Shown in pieces: positions 35,337 to 44,948 of a stretch of DNA of 64,000 bases (positions within the stretch are counted from its first letter, which is position 1; every line of letters begins with the position of its first letter). The translations under genes and the position numbers were made by a program. Source of the DNA: Bacteroidales bacterium. GTDB taxonomy: Bacteria > Bacteroidota > Bacteroidia > Bacteroidales > UBA932. Below the pieces are notes generated by a model. It worked only from the letters and a program-made list of their open reading frames with translations, was not told the origin of the DNA and did not search any database. Where the stretch lies: NCBI GenBank assembly GCA_017617655.1, contig JAFZVU010000087.1, forward strand, positions 610 to 64,609. Direction: 5' to 3'.

Positions 35337-38192
35337 TCAATAACTGCAGAGCACCCTGACGGGGCAATAGTCACACTTGTTATCAGAAGGGCCAGCCGGG
35401 CGGGCTTCGAAACTGCCTTCAGACAGTATCTCTACAATCAGGCCTTTCAGTCTGTCCTCGAACGCTCTCAGCATGCTGTCGTTGCAGCTGAATGTCCTCA
35501 GGGACGTATCGAAGATCTGCTTCATCTGATATACGCAGATATCCATGTCACCGGCAGGCGCGGCCCCCAGCCCTCCTGAGAAAAGGGTTCCGGTCTTGTA
35601 CCTTGCCATCAGATAAGCATACAGATACATCTGGAAAGATGAGTAAGGACGTTTGTCACCGAGGTTCACGTCGAAAAGCTTGTCTATTATCACATCTTCC
35701 TTGTCCCTGGTGCCATGGAGCTTGATTGAACCCGTCTTGTAATCCACTATCCTCACCTGTCCGGCCTTGCTGTCAAGACGGTCTATAAAGCCGATCAGAT
35801 TCACCCTGACACCGTTCACATCCAGGTCTGCCACGATCTTGCGTTCTCCGTCCAGATAGGTGAACGGGGCGTATTCCATATCATACTCGAGGGTCTTGAG
35901 GACTATCTTTTTGAGCATCTCGAAAGTGACGCGCCTCTTTCCGGTCAGAGGCAGGCCGTTATACTTGAAGGCTTCGTCGAGTTTAGCGGCGATAAGGGCA
36001 TCGAGGGCGTTTTTTGCGGCTAGCATCCCTCCTATTATTTCCCTGCTTATTATCTCATTCTTATGCTGCCCGTACAGCGTCTCCATCACACTATGGAAAG
36101 CCGTCCCGAAAGGCCCTGATTCGAAGCCCTCGTCGACTTTGTCGCTTTCCTTGATCCCCTTGACCTTGGTGTAATAGAACTTCAGCGGACAGCTCATGTA
36201 ATCGTTGAGGCTCGAGGCGGAGAAACTGTGTCTTTCTTCGACATAGACTTTCCTGAGTTGCTCCATGACCTCGGCATCCTTGACCACGGCAGCCGTCCCC
36301 TGCTCGGCAGGGTTGATGGTATAGGTACATACCTTCTCTACGAGCGGCACGGCCTTGTAGTGGTGTTTGAGCTGCATTATGAAGCGGCTCGGCTCGCCGC
36401 TGTGCACTCCGAAGGTGCGGCTGTCATACATCAGCACGACCTTGCGGGCGCGGTAGATGCTGCGGTAGAAATGATAGGCCGATATGCTGTCGAACAGCTC
36501 GAAGGAGGGCAGGCCGAAGCCCTTACGCAGCGAATATGGAATATACGAGTCGGTGTTGTTCCTGGCGGGGAAAGTCCCTTCGTTGACAGACAGTATTATT
36601 ACATTTTCGAAATCGAGGGCCCTCGTCTCCAGCGGCCCCATGACCTGGAGGCCGTGGAGCGGTTCACCACGGAAGGGCACGTTCAGCCGTGCCGTCATCT
36701 GCCGCAGGAAGTGGAAATAGGTCTCCAGCTTGTCGAGATACGGTATATCCAGGTCTCGGATATGACTTATCGCCTTGTAATAGCCATAGGCGAACTCTTT
36801 CTCCATATCAGATATGCTCCCGGCCAGCAGTTCTATGATGTGCAGCTGCCAGCCGTATGCGTCGCTTACGCTGTCGACCGGCCGGAATATGGCGGTAAGG
36901 AGTTCCTGCTGCGACTCCTCGAAGAGTGCGGCGGGAACCTGGATCAGATTGTTCAGGTTTATCCGCGTCTGGATTTCCTTGACAGTGTCGCCGCAGGCAT
37001 TCAATATGAAAGGGTGGGAAAGTATGGCCGTGACGTCCTTATGATAAAACGTAGCCTGTCCGCCCCTTGACCTCTTGTTCTGCTGTAAAGGAGACAGGGA
37101 GGACATAAGAGCCGCAAAAGCGCTGTTCGAGAGGCCGTAGCCCATCGTCACGTTGATCTTCTCTATCGATTCCGGTATAGAATTGAGCAGCGGCAGCAGA
37201 AGGGACTCGTCCGGCAGCACTATGGCCGTACTGTCAGGATCCATATCCTTAAGATAGTCCGCCGTCTTCTTGGCCTGGCCTATTGCCGACGGCACGCTTA
37301 CCACTTCGACCTGGGGATATTCGTCAGCTTTATCCTCAAGCTGATACACCGAAGGATACTTCGATTCGTATCTGGATATGAACGACGAAGCCTTGTTGTC
37401 CTTGTCCCGCACCAGCTTACCCTTGAAATCCCAGTAGAAATCCCCTTTTCCGGAGTTATTTATATAGCTGAAAAGGATTTCCTCACATGCGCTCAGGGCG
37501 TTGTGTCCCACGAACACTATGCGGTCGTATCCTGCCAGAGCCTCGTCGACACTGTCGTCATGATTCCTGACCAGCTCAGCCACCGCACGGGTAATCATAC
37601 CCTCGTAGGCTATTCCCCTTGAGGCCAGGTCGGCCTTGAAAGCGTCGTAGAGCGGCCAGAGTATGTTCCATATCTGCAGGAAACGGGCCTTGCCCGGTTT
37701 CTCGCCGGAGTTGTCGAGAGTGATCTTCCAGAAATTGCGAATGGCCTCTTTCTGGGCCGGGCTCAGATATTCATAGCTGGACGAGATGCTCTCCAGGTCG
37801 CGGATGTTGGCGAACAGGTCCCGGGCATCCACCAGGTACTGGTCTATGTCATTGAAATCCGACAGAAGAGTATCGGCCTTGTATACGAATTCATCGAAAG
37901 AGTCGCAGACAAGACCGCTCTGGGCTCCCAGTTCAAGGTAGTGCTTGTAGAGGATGCTGACAAGCTCGATCTTGTCCGCCCTCTTAAAGGGAGACAGCTT
38001 GTCGAAAAGGTCGCTGATGGTCAGCAGCTCGGGTGAGAAAATCGGCTTTGAGCTGCACAGTCCCAGCCATTTGCGGAAATAAAGACTTGAACGGCGGCTC
38101 GGGAAGACGAAACACACCTTGCCCAAGTCACCGTCATAGTCGCTTACGTAATGCTTCGCGATCTGGTATAGGAAATTACAGCCGTTTTGCAA
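35337..38192 (-). CDS. PD-(D/E)XK nuclease family protein (AddB/RexB-like)
   Basis: Nuclease motif RIVDYKTGS and a terminal cysteine cluster CDYCPVRVLC. The track ORF reaches 38297 but overlaps pgi by 122 nt, and no in-frame ATG occurs for about 230 codons. The proposed TTG at 38192 gives (M)QNGCNFLYQIAKHY. Confidence 0.7.
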   Translation of the reverse strand: MQNGCNFLYQIAKHYVSDYDGDLGKVCFVFPSRRSSLYFRKWLGLCSSKPIFSPELLTISDLFDKLSPFKRADKIELVSILYKHYLELGAQSGLVCDSFDEFVYKADTLLSDFNDIDQYLVDARDLFANIRDLESISSSYEYLSPAQKEAIRNFWKITLDNSGEKPGKARFLQIWNILWPLYDAFKADLASRGIAYEGMITRAVAELVRNHDDSVDEALAGYDRIVFVGHNALSACEEILFSYINNSGKGDFYWDFKGKLVRDKDNKASSFISRYESKYPSVYQLEDKADEYPQVEVVSVPSAIGQAKKTADYLKDMDPDSTAIVLPDESLLLPLLNSIPESIEKINVTMGYGLSNSAFAALMSSLSPLQQNKRSRGGQATFYHKDVTAILSHPFILNACGDTVKEIQTRINLNNLIQVPAALFEESQQELLTAIFRPVDSVSDAYGWQLHIIELLAGSISDMEKEFAYGYYKAISHIRDLDIPYLDKLETYFHFLRQMTARLNVPFRGEPLHGLQVMGPLETRALDFENVIILSVNEGTFPARNNTDSYIPYSLRKGFGLPSFELFDSISAYHFYRSIYRARKVVLMYDSRTFGVHSGEPSRFIMQLKHHYKAVPLVEKVCTYTINPAEQGTAAVVKDAEVMEQLRKVYVEERHSFSASSLNDYMSCPLKFYYTKVKGIKESDKVDEGFESGPFGTAFHSVMETLYGQHKNEIISREIIGGMLAAKNALDALIAAKLDEAFKYNGLPLTGKRRVTFEMLKKIVLKTLEYDMEYAPFTYLDGERKIVADLDVNGVRVNLIGFIDRLDSKAGQVRIVDYKTGSIKLHGTRDKEDVIIDKLFDVNLGDKRPYSSFQMYLYAYLMARYKTGTLFSGGLGAAPAGDMDICVYQMKQIFDTSLRTFSCNDSMLRAFEDRLKGLIVEILSEGSFEARPAGPSDNKCDYCPVRVLCSY

Positions 38193-39501
38193 GTTCTTTT
38201 GCCAGTTCTTCGTATCCGGGTTTACCCAGGAGTGCGAACATGTTTTTCTTGTAAGCCTCGACGCCCGGCTGGTTGAACGGGTTGATGCCGAGCACATAGC
38301 CGCTGATGCCGCAGGCCTTCTCGAAGAAATAGAACAGACCGCCGAGGTGGTATGCGTCGAGAGTCTCGGTCTCCACTGTAATCTGAGGCACTCCGCCGTC
38401 GATGTGCGCCAGCCTGGTGCCGAGCATGGCTTTCTCGTTGCAGTATTCTATCCTCTTGCCGGCAAGGTAGTTGAGGCCGTCGAGATTGTCGGCGTCAGAA
38501 GGGATTTCAACCTTGCGGGCAGGATTCTTGACGCTCACTACGGTCTCGAACATAACCCTCTCGCCTTCCTGGACGTACTGACCCATTGAATGGAGGTCGG
38601 TGGTGTAGCTGACTGATGCAGGGAACAGGCCCTTGCCTTCCTTGCCCTCGCTCTCGCCGAAGAGCTGTTTCCACCACTCACTGAAATAGACGAGCTTGGG
38701 GTTGTAGTTAACAAGCAGCTCGACCTTCTTGCCCTCGTCGTACATGCAGTTCCTTGCGGCTGCATACTGGATGGCGGGGTTGTCGGCGGACTTGCTGCTG
38801 CAGAGAGCCTCCATGTCGCGGGCGCCGGCCAGCAGGGCGTCGATGTCGAAGCCTGCTGCAGCTATGGGCACGAGGCCCACCGGAGTAAGCACCGAGTAGC
38901 GGCCGCCTATGTTGTCTTCGATGACGAACGACTTGTAGCCTTCGCTGGTGGCGAGGCTCTTGAGAGCGCCGCGGGCCTTGTCGGTAACTGCGACTATCCT
39001 TTCGGCAGCTTCTTTCTTGCCGTATTTATCTTCGATGAAGCCTTTGATGATCCTGAAGGCTACTGCAGGCTCGGTAGTGGTGCCTGACTTGGAGATGACG
39101 ACTGCAGCGACGTTGCGGATCTTCATCAGGTCGACCAGGTCGGCCATGTAGTCCTCGCTCAGGGTGTTGCCGGCGAAAACCACCTGCACCGGATCAGCGT
39201 CTATATTGACTGAGAAGTTGTGGGCCAGAGCTGCGATGGCAGCTTTCGCGCCTAGGTATGAACCGCCGATGCCGATTGCTACCACCAGATTCACGTTCTT
39301 TTCTTTCCAGCTCTCGGCGACGGCCTTGCAGTCGTCCAGAAGCTGCTGGGGCATTTCTGAAGGGAGATGGTTCCAGCCGAGGAAATCGTTACCTGCGCCC
39401 TGGGCGCTTTCAAGGACGTCAAAGGCCGCCATGGCCTTTTCAAAATACTGCTCTCTCTTGCTTTCAAAAGACTTGCAGCCCGTAAGATCAATTTTTATCA
39501 T
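38176..39501 (-). CDS. pgi: Glucose-6-phosphate isomerase
   Basis: 441-aa PGI-like sequence (IGIGGSYLGAKA, GGRYSVLT, FGESEGK). Confidence 0.9.
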   Translation of the reverse strand: MIKIDLTGCKSFESKREQYFEKAMAAFDVLESAQGAGNDFLGWNHLPSEMPQQLLDDCKAVAESWKEKNVNLVVAIGIGGSYLGAKAAIAALAHNFSVNIDADPVQVVFAGNTLSEDYMADLVDLMKIRNVAAVVISKSGTTTEPAVAFRIIKGFIEDKYGKKEAAERIVAVTDKARGALKSLATSEGYKSFVIEDNIGGRYSVLTPVGLVPIAAAGFDIDALLAGARDMEALCSSKSADNPAIQYAAARNCMYDEGKKVELLVNYNPKLVYFSEWWKQLFGESEGKEGKGLFPASVSYTTDLHSMGQYVQEGERVMFETVVSVKNPARKVEIPSDADNLDGLNYLAGKRIEYCNEKAMLGTRLAHIDGGVPQITVETETLDAYHLGGLFYFFEKACGISGYVLGINPFNQPGVEAYKKNMFALLGKPGYEELAKELAKRL

Positions 39502-39552
39502 GTTGACGTTTTTATATTCTTATATACTTGCGAATTTACCAAATCTGACGCT

Positions 39553-40314
39553 TCATTCAAAATCAATATCGAGTGAAACGGGGCAATGGTCGGAGCCCTC
39601 ATATTCAGGATGGATGGCGGCGCCTTTCATGTGAGCAGCGATATTGTCCGACACTATGAAATAGTCTATCCTCCACCCTACATTCCTCTCGCGGGCGCGC
39701 ATACGGTAGCTCCACCACGAATAGGCGTCGGTGGCGTCGGGATAGAAACGGCGGAACGAATCCACGAAGCCTGCGTCAAGCAGTTCGGTCATCTTCTGCC
39801 TCTCCTGGTCGGTGAATCCTGCATTCTCATGGTTGGTTGCAGGATTTTTCAGGTCGATCTCTTCGTGGGCCACGTTCAAATCTCCGCAAAGGATTACGCC
39901 CTTGGCCTGAGCCAGCTTCGAGAGGTAAGCCCTCATGGCATCCTCCCACTCCATACGGTAGTCCAGCCTGCGCAGGCCGTCCTGCGAATTCGGCGTGTAG
40001 CAGCACACCAGATAGAATTCAGGCATCTCAAGGGTTATCACCCTTCCCTCATTGTCATGCTCCGGCATACCGATGCCGTATGTCACCGACAAGGGGGTGT
40101 GACGGGTATAGATGGCTGTGCCGCTGTAGCCTTTCTTTTCAGCATAGTTCCAGTAGCTCTGGTAGCCCATGAACTGCAAGTCCAGCTGGCCGGCCTGCAG
40201 TTTGGTCTCCTGCAGGCAGAAGAAATCCGCGTCGAGAGCCTCGAAGGCTGCGTCGAAGGCCCCTTTGGAATAGCAGGCCCTCAATCCGTTTACATTCCAG
40301 GATACTAACCTCAT
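39553..40314 (-). CDS. xth: Exodeoxyribonuclease III
   Basis: MRLVSWNVNGLRA, CLQETK and SDHCPV. Confidence 0.9.
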   Translation of the reverse strand: MRLVSWNVNGLRACYSKGAFDAAFEALDADFFCLQETKLQAGQLDLQFMGYQSYWNYAEKKGYSGTAIYTRHTPLSVTYGIGMPEHDNEGRVITLEMPEFYLVCCYTPNSQDGLRRLDYRMEWEDAMRAYLSKLAQAKGVILCGDLNVAHEEIDLKNPATNHENAGFTDQERQKMTELLDAGFVDSFRRFYPDATDAYSWWSYRMRARERNVGWRIDYFIVSDNIAAHMKGAAIHPEYEGSDHCPVSLDIDFE

Positions 40315-42410
40315 GATATATTTGAATAGTCTTTGATTTCTGTCTTGAGTCTCGCAAGATTGTCCGCGAGGATCTTGTTGGCCGGTGCCCTTAGCAGCGG
40401 GTCGTTCTCCAGCACGCGGGCTGCCGTTTCCCTTGCATCCGTCAGCACGGGATTGTCCTTCGCCAGGTCGGCTATGTGCAGGTCGATTGCAAGGCCGCTC
40501 TGCCGCGTCCCTTCGAAATCGCCGGGGCCGCGCATGCGCAGGTCAGCCTCCGCCAGTTCGAAGCCGTCAGTGGTGCTGCACATTATCTCGATGCGCTGCC
40601 GGGACTCTTTGCTGAGCTTGTAGCCGGTCATCAGGATGCAATACGACTCCGCAGAGCCGCGCCCTACCCTTCCGCGTAGCTGGTGCAGCTGGCTCAGGCC
40701 GAAACGCTCCGCACTTTCTATAACCATCACCGAGGCGTTGGGGATGTCCACTCCCACCTCGATTACAGAAGTCGCCACAAGGATGTTCGCCTTGCCTTCT
40801 ACGAAGAGGGCCATGTCGTGAGCTTTGTTCTCGTTGGTCTGCTTGCCGTGCACCACTGCTGTGACATATTTCGGCGGTTTGAACTCTTCAGTAATGGCAA
40901 GATAGCCCGACTCCAGATTCTCGTAATCCATCTTCTCGGACTCCTTGATGAGCGGATACACCACGAACACCTGCCGGCCAGCATCTATCTGCCTGCGCAT
41001 GAAATCATAGACCTTCTGACGATGGTTCTCTCCGACGTGCTTTGTCACCACCGGCTTGCGGCCTGGCGGCAGCTCGTCAATAACAGAGATATCGAGGTCT
41101 CCGAAAAGGGTCATGGCCAGCGTTCGCGGAATCGGGGTGGCCGTCATCACCAGAATATGCGGAACGGTTTCGGATTTCGACCAGAGGCGGGCCCTCTGCT
41201 CCACTCCGAAACGGTGCTGCTCGTCGATCACGGCAAGGCCGAGGGCCGCGAACTTCACTTTGTCTTCGATAAGGGCGTGGGTGCCGAAAACCAGTTTTAT
41301 GCTGCCGTCTTCAAGCCCAGCATAGATCTCCCTGCGCTCCTTGGCCTTAGTGCTTCCTGTCAGCAGGGCGCAGCGTACCTTTTCGGTATTGACGAACTTG
41401 GCGACGCCGCGGTAATGCTGCCCGGCGAGCACTTCTGTAGGAGCCATGATACAGGCCTGGTAGCCGTTGTCGATGGCCTGCAGTGCTGAGAGGATAGCCA
41501 CCAGCGTCTTGCCGCTTCCCACATCGCCTTCGAGCAGGCGGTTCATCTGACGGCCGCTCGTGACGTCGGCCCTGATTTCCTTCAGAACACGCTTCTGGGC
41601 GCCCGTAAGAGGGAATTGCAGATTGTTGTATGTTTCGTTGAACGCTTCGCCCAGCCTCTTGAACACGAGGCCGTTGGAGGCGCGCATACGGACATTCTTC
41701 TGTTTGAGCAGCGACAGCTGGAGGTAGAATAGTTCTTCGAACTTCAACCTCTGCTGCGCTCTGGCAAGCGACTGGACATCCTTGGGGAAATGGATGTTGT
41801 GCAGGGCTTCCTTGAGCGGGCAGAGCCCCTTGTCGGCAATCAGCCAGGCCGGCAGGGTCTCCTGAATGCTGTCGGCGCATTTCTCCCACGCCAGGGCCTG
41901 CAGCTTGCTTATCACTTTGTTGGTGATCAGGCTGTTCTTCAGGCGCTCCGTGCTGGGATAGACCCCGGTCATGGCCCCGGTTCCGGGTCTGACCGACGAT
42001 GCGTCGTCTATCTCGGGATGGACCATGTTGATCTCGCCGTTGAAGGCCGAAGGCTTGCCGAAGACTACGTATTCCTTGCCGGCCTTGAGCTTGTCGGTCA
42101 TCCATTTCACTCCCTGGAAGAAGACCAGGTCGATGGAGCCGGTGTCGTCGCTCAGGGTGGCCACCAGCCTCTTGCTGCGGTTCGCCCCGACGATGCGGAT
42201 GTCGCGGATCACTCCCCTCAGCTGGATATATGCGCTGGCGGAATCAATCTCGCTGATGGCATAGAAGCGGGAACGGTCTACATAGCGGAAGGGGAAAAAG
42301 TAGATGAGGTCCCGGAAAGTGAAGATGCCGAGCTCTTTGCCGAACAGCTCTGCACGTCTCGGACCGACTGAAGGTAAGTATTTTATATCACTGTCGAGGA
42401 CACCCATCAT
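40311..42410 (-). CDS. recG: ATP-dependent DNA helicase RecG
   Basis: Wedge domain plus helicase motifs GDVGSGKT and DEQHRFG, with QLHQLRGRVGRG; 699 aa. Confidence 0.92.
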   Translation of the reverse strand: MMGVLDSDIKYLPSVGPRRAELFGKELGIFTFRDLIYFFPFRYVDRSRFYAISEIDSASAYIQLRGVIRDIRIVGANRSKRLVATLSDDTGSIDLVFFQGVKWMTDKLKAGKEYVVFGKPSAFNGEINMVHPEIDDASSVRPGTGAMTGVYPSTERLKNSLITNKVISKLQALAWEKCADSIQETLPAWLIADKGLCPLKEALHNIHFPKDVQSLARAQQRLKFEELFYLQLSLLKQKNVRMRASNGLVFKRLGEAFNETYNNLQFPLTGAQKRVLKEIRADVTSGRQMNRLLEGDVGSGKTLVAILSALQAIDNGYQACIMAPTEVLAGQHYRGVAKFVNTEKVRCALLTGSTKAKERREIYAGLEDGSIKLVFGTHALIEDKVKFAALGLAVIDEQHRFGVEQRARLWSKSETVPHILVMTATPIPRTLAMTLFGDLDISVIDELPPGRKPVVTKHVGENHRQKVYDFMRRQIDAGRQVFVVYPLIKESEKMDYENLESGYLAITEEFKPPKYVTAVVHGKQTNENKAHDMALFVEGKANILVATSVIEVGVDIPNASVMVIESAERFGLSQLHQLRGRVGRGSAESYCILMTGYKLSKESRQRIEIMCSTTDGFELAEADLRMRGPGDFEGTRQSGLAIDLHIADLAKDNPVLTDARETAARVLENDPLLRAPANKILADNLARLKTEIKDYSNIS

Positions 42411-42414
42411 TTTG

Positions 42415-42422
42415 CAAATTTA
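42415..42422 (-). promoter_or_regulatory. Bacteroidota -7 promoter box (TAAATTTG) 4 nt upstream of the recG ATG
   Basis: The minus strand reads TAAATTTG-caaa-ATG. Confidence 0.4.
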
Positions 42423-42434
42423 CGCTATTATCAT

Positions 42435-42442
42435 TAATTTTG
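42435..42442 (+). promoter_or_regulatory. Bacteroidota -7 promoter box (TAATTTTG) for pdxA
   Basis: TAnnTTTG 22 nt upstream of the ATG at 42465. Confidence 0.45.
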
Positions 42443-42464
42443 CGACTCAAATAACGTAAGATAT

Positions 42465-43544
42465 ATGGCACATAGAATAGTAGTCGGCATCACACAGGGA
42501 GATTCCAACGGAGTAGGTTACGAAGTCATCATCAAGGCCCTGTCTGACTCTAGGATGCTGGACATGTGCGTTCCGATCCTTTATGGCAATTCCCGCACTC
42601 TCGGCATGTATCGCAAGATGATTCCCGAGACCGAACAGATAAGCACCAATGTCATCAACAGCGCTGCAGACGCCCGTGGCAAACGTCTGAACATAATCAA
42701 CTGTGTCTCAGACCAGCTCCCGGTAGAGCCGGGTCAGCCTACCGAGGCCGGGGCGAAAGCTGCCGTGCAGTCTTTGGAAGCCGCTGTCAAAGACATGAAG
42801 GAAGGCTTGATCGACGCCCTTGTGACAGCTCCCATCAACAAACATACTGTAGCAGCGCTCGGTTTCGGTTTTCCCGGCCACACCGAATTCCTGGTCAACC
42901 AGTTCGGCGCGAAAGAAGGCATGATGTTCCTCTGCACTGAAAGTCTGAAAGTCGGCCTGGTCACCAACCACGAGCCTCTGTCCAAGGTTGCCAGACTCAT
43001 TGACAAGGACCTGCTGGTGCGCAAGCTCAGGCTGATGAACGACTCCCTCAAGAGAGATTTCGCAAAGGACCGTCCCAAGATCGCCGTACTCGGCCTCAAT
43101 CCGCATTCAGGAGACGGCGGCAGCCTCGGCAGTGACGAGATCGAGAAGATAATACCCGCCATAGAGCAGGTCAATTCCGAGAACATACTGGCTTTCGGCC
43201 CCTACTCTCCCGACGGATTCTTCGCCAGCAACATGCAGTATAATTTCGACGGAGTTCTGGCCATGTATCACGACCAGGGTCTGATTCCCTTCAAGGTGCT
43301 GGCCTTCGACAAAGGCGTCAATTTCACGGCAGGCCTGCCCATCGTCCGCACTTCTCCAGACCACGGCACTGGCTATGACATCGCCGGCAAGAACATGGCC
43401 AATCCAGGTTCCATGATATCCGCCATCTACATGGCCATCGACATCTGCCGCAACCGCATGGAATACGACGAGCTCAGCGCCAATCCTCTCGAGATCAAGC
43501 ATTTCGAGAGTCCCAAGAAAGAGCGCACCATCCTTCCGGAATAA
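42465..43544 (+). CDS. pdxA: 4-hydroxythreonine-4-phosphate dehydrogenase
   Basis: PdxA-like sequence: GDSNGVGYEV, GHTEFL, LNPHSGDGG and TSPDHGT. Confidence 0.88.
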   Translation: MAHRIVVGITQGDSNGVGYEVIIKALSDSRMLDMCVPILYGNSRTLGMYRKMIPETEQISTNVINSAADARGKRLNIINCVSDQLPVEPGQPTEAGAKAAVQSLEAAVKDMKEGLIDALVTAPINKHTVAALGFGFPGHTEFLVNQFGAKEGMMFLCTESLKVGLVTNHEPLSKVARLIDKDLLVRKLRLMNDSLKRDFAKDRPKIAVLGLNPHSGDGGSLGSDEIEKIIPAIEQVNSENILAFGPYSPDGFFASNMQYNFDGVLAMYHDQGLIPFKVLAFDKGVNFTAGLPIVRTSPDHGTGYDIAGKNMANPGSMISAIYMAIDICRNRMEYDELSANPLEIKHFESPKKERTILPE

Positions 43545-43553
43545 TCAGGAGCG

Positions 43554-44000
43554 ATGTCCCGCGGAACCATACAGATGTTCACTGACGGCGCCTGCAGCGG
43601 CAATCCCGGCCCGGGCGGCTATGGTGTGATTTTGCGCTACGGCGACTCCGAGAAGACCATGTCTCAAGGTTTCAAGTCTACTACCAACAACCGCATGGAA
43701 CTGCTGGCTGTAATAGTAGGCCTGGAAGCCATCAAATGGAAAAACGCAGACATCGAGATTTACAGCGACTCTACATACGTGGTTAACGCCGTCACCAAGG
43801 GATGGCTCGAAAGATGGGTCCTGACCGGATTCAAGGGCAAGGCTAACGTCGATCTCTGGGAAAGATATCTTCAATGCGCCCAGGGCCACAACCTGCGTTA
43901 TATATGGGTAAAAGGCCATGCCGGCCACCCGGAAAACGAACGCTGCGACCGCATGGCAGTCGCAGCATACAAGTCAGACGATCTTCTCGAAGACGCCTGA
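43554..44000 (+). CDS. rnhA: Ribonuclease HI
   Basis: TDGACSGNPGPGGYG, NNRMEL and DSTYV. Confidence 0.9.
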   Translation: MSRGTIQMFTDGACSGNPGPGGYGVILRYGDSEKTMSQGFKSTTNNRMELLAVIVGLEAIKWKNADIEIYSDSTYVVNAVTKGWLERWVLTGFKGKANVDLWERYLQCAQGHNLRYIWVKGHAGHPENERCDRMAVAAYKSDDLLEDA

Positions 44001-44007
44001 TACAAGC

Positions 44008-44946
44008 CTATTCAGACTTGTATCTTTCGTAAAACTTGCTTATTCCGGCCTCATCGACGGTGCCGCCGTGCACTATTACGCGATAGCGCAGTTTAACTTT
44101 TTCGCCTTTTTCAAGCACTGTAGCTTCTCCGTCTTCCGGCCAGTACATCGGGGTCGGAGACATGAAGCCGTAGTCGCGGGTGAACCACGGTGAAGGGAAC
44201 CATTTGTTGGAAGGATGCTGCAGGATCGCTATTCCTTCGTAGCCGGTAGACTGACGCTTGCCGTAGAAGTCCATCCAGGCAGCCCTCTGGCCGAAGGTAT
44301 CCTTCTCGCCGCTCTGGCCTTCGCTGTTGACCATCACGCCGCCCTGCTTCACAGAGAGGTCCTCGGCCATGCGGACGCTGAAGAGCGAATGGTTGGTGAC
44401 AGGTATAGTGACATCCATGAGCATCTCCATCTCGATGTCGAAATCCAGCTGGAAGATATCTTCAGCGGGAGATGTGATGGTGATGAGCCTCTTGTCCTTG
44501 ACCGGAGCGTCGGCGTCCGGACGTTTCCAGATGCATTCATCTTCGATTACTACCTTGTCGCCGCCGGTCTCCAGGATCCTCGCCCCTATCGAAACGATGC
44601 GGCCCCGCTCCAGTCCTTCCTGCCAGTAATTGCCGCCGTTGACACGGTCGCAGCCGAAGAACAGTGAAGAATGGTGGGGGTAGATGCCGTTACGCATAGA
44701 AGTGACGCTGGCGCCTGAGACAGGACTGTTCACGGGGAAGAAGAACGGATATTTCTCGTCATCCTCGAAGCGGTAGCTGGTGAAGAACAGGTTGCCTATT
44801 GTAACGTCTATCCTGTTGCCGATCTGGACGGCATTCACGGTCCTGCGCTGGGCGGGCCTGCCGCTCATGAAGGGATTCTGCGCCGCTGCGCTTAGTGAAG
44901 ACATTACCGCAAGTACTACGACAAGAGCTTTGATGGTCTTTTTCAT
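44008..44946 (-). CDS. Secreted PmoA-family / DUF6807-like protein
   Basis: Signal peptide ending SAAAQ. The segment YPHHSSLFFGCDRVNGGNYWQE resembles the DUF6807 core, recalled from memory. Confidence 0.55.
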   Translation of the reverse strand: MKKTIKALVVVLAVMSSLSAAAQNPFMSGRPAQRRTVNAVQIGNRIDVTIGNLFFTSYRFEDDEKYPFFFPVNSPVSGASVTSMRNGIYPHHSSLFFGCDRVNGGNYWQEGLERGRIVSIGARILETGGDKVVIEDECIWKRPDADAPVKDKRLITITSPAEDIFQLDFDIEMEMLMDVTIPVTNHSLFSVRMAEDLSVKQGGVMVNSEGQSGEKDTFGQRAAWMDFYGKRQSTGYEGIAILQHPSNKWFPSPWFTRDYGFMSPTPMYWPEDGEATVLEKGEKVKLRYRVIVHGGTVDEAGISKFYERYKSE

Positions 44947-44948
44947 AT

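Noticed and set aside
32557-38297. UvrD-helicase plus PD-(D/E)XK nuclease pair considered as a possible phage-defence module (Gabija- or Hachiman-like).
   Set aside because: Sizes (about 925 and 950 aa), a nuclease domain on each protein, the AddB-type terminal Cys cluster and the position among core genes (pgi, xth, recG) fit the Bacteroidota AddAB/RexAB recombination-repair complex. No TOPRIM/ATPase (GajA-like) or other defence partner is present.
44008-44946. PmoA/DUF6807-like secreted protein considered as part of a sugar-oxidation cluster.
   Set aside because: It is monocistronic between rnhA and yicC and lies 15 kb from the Gfo/Idh/MocA cluster. No linkage can be argued from this window.
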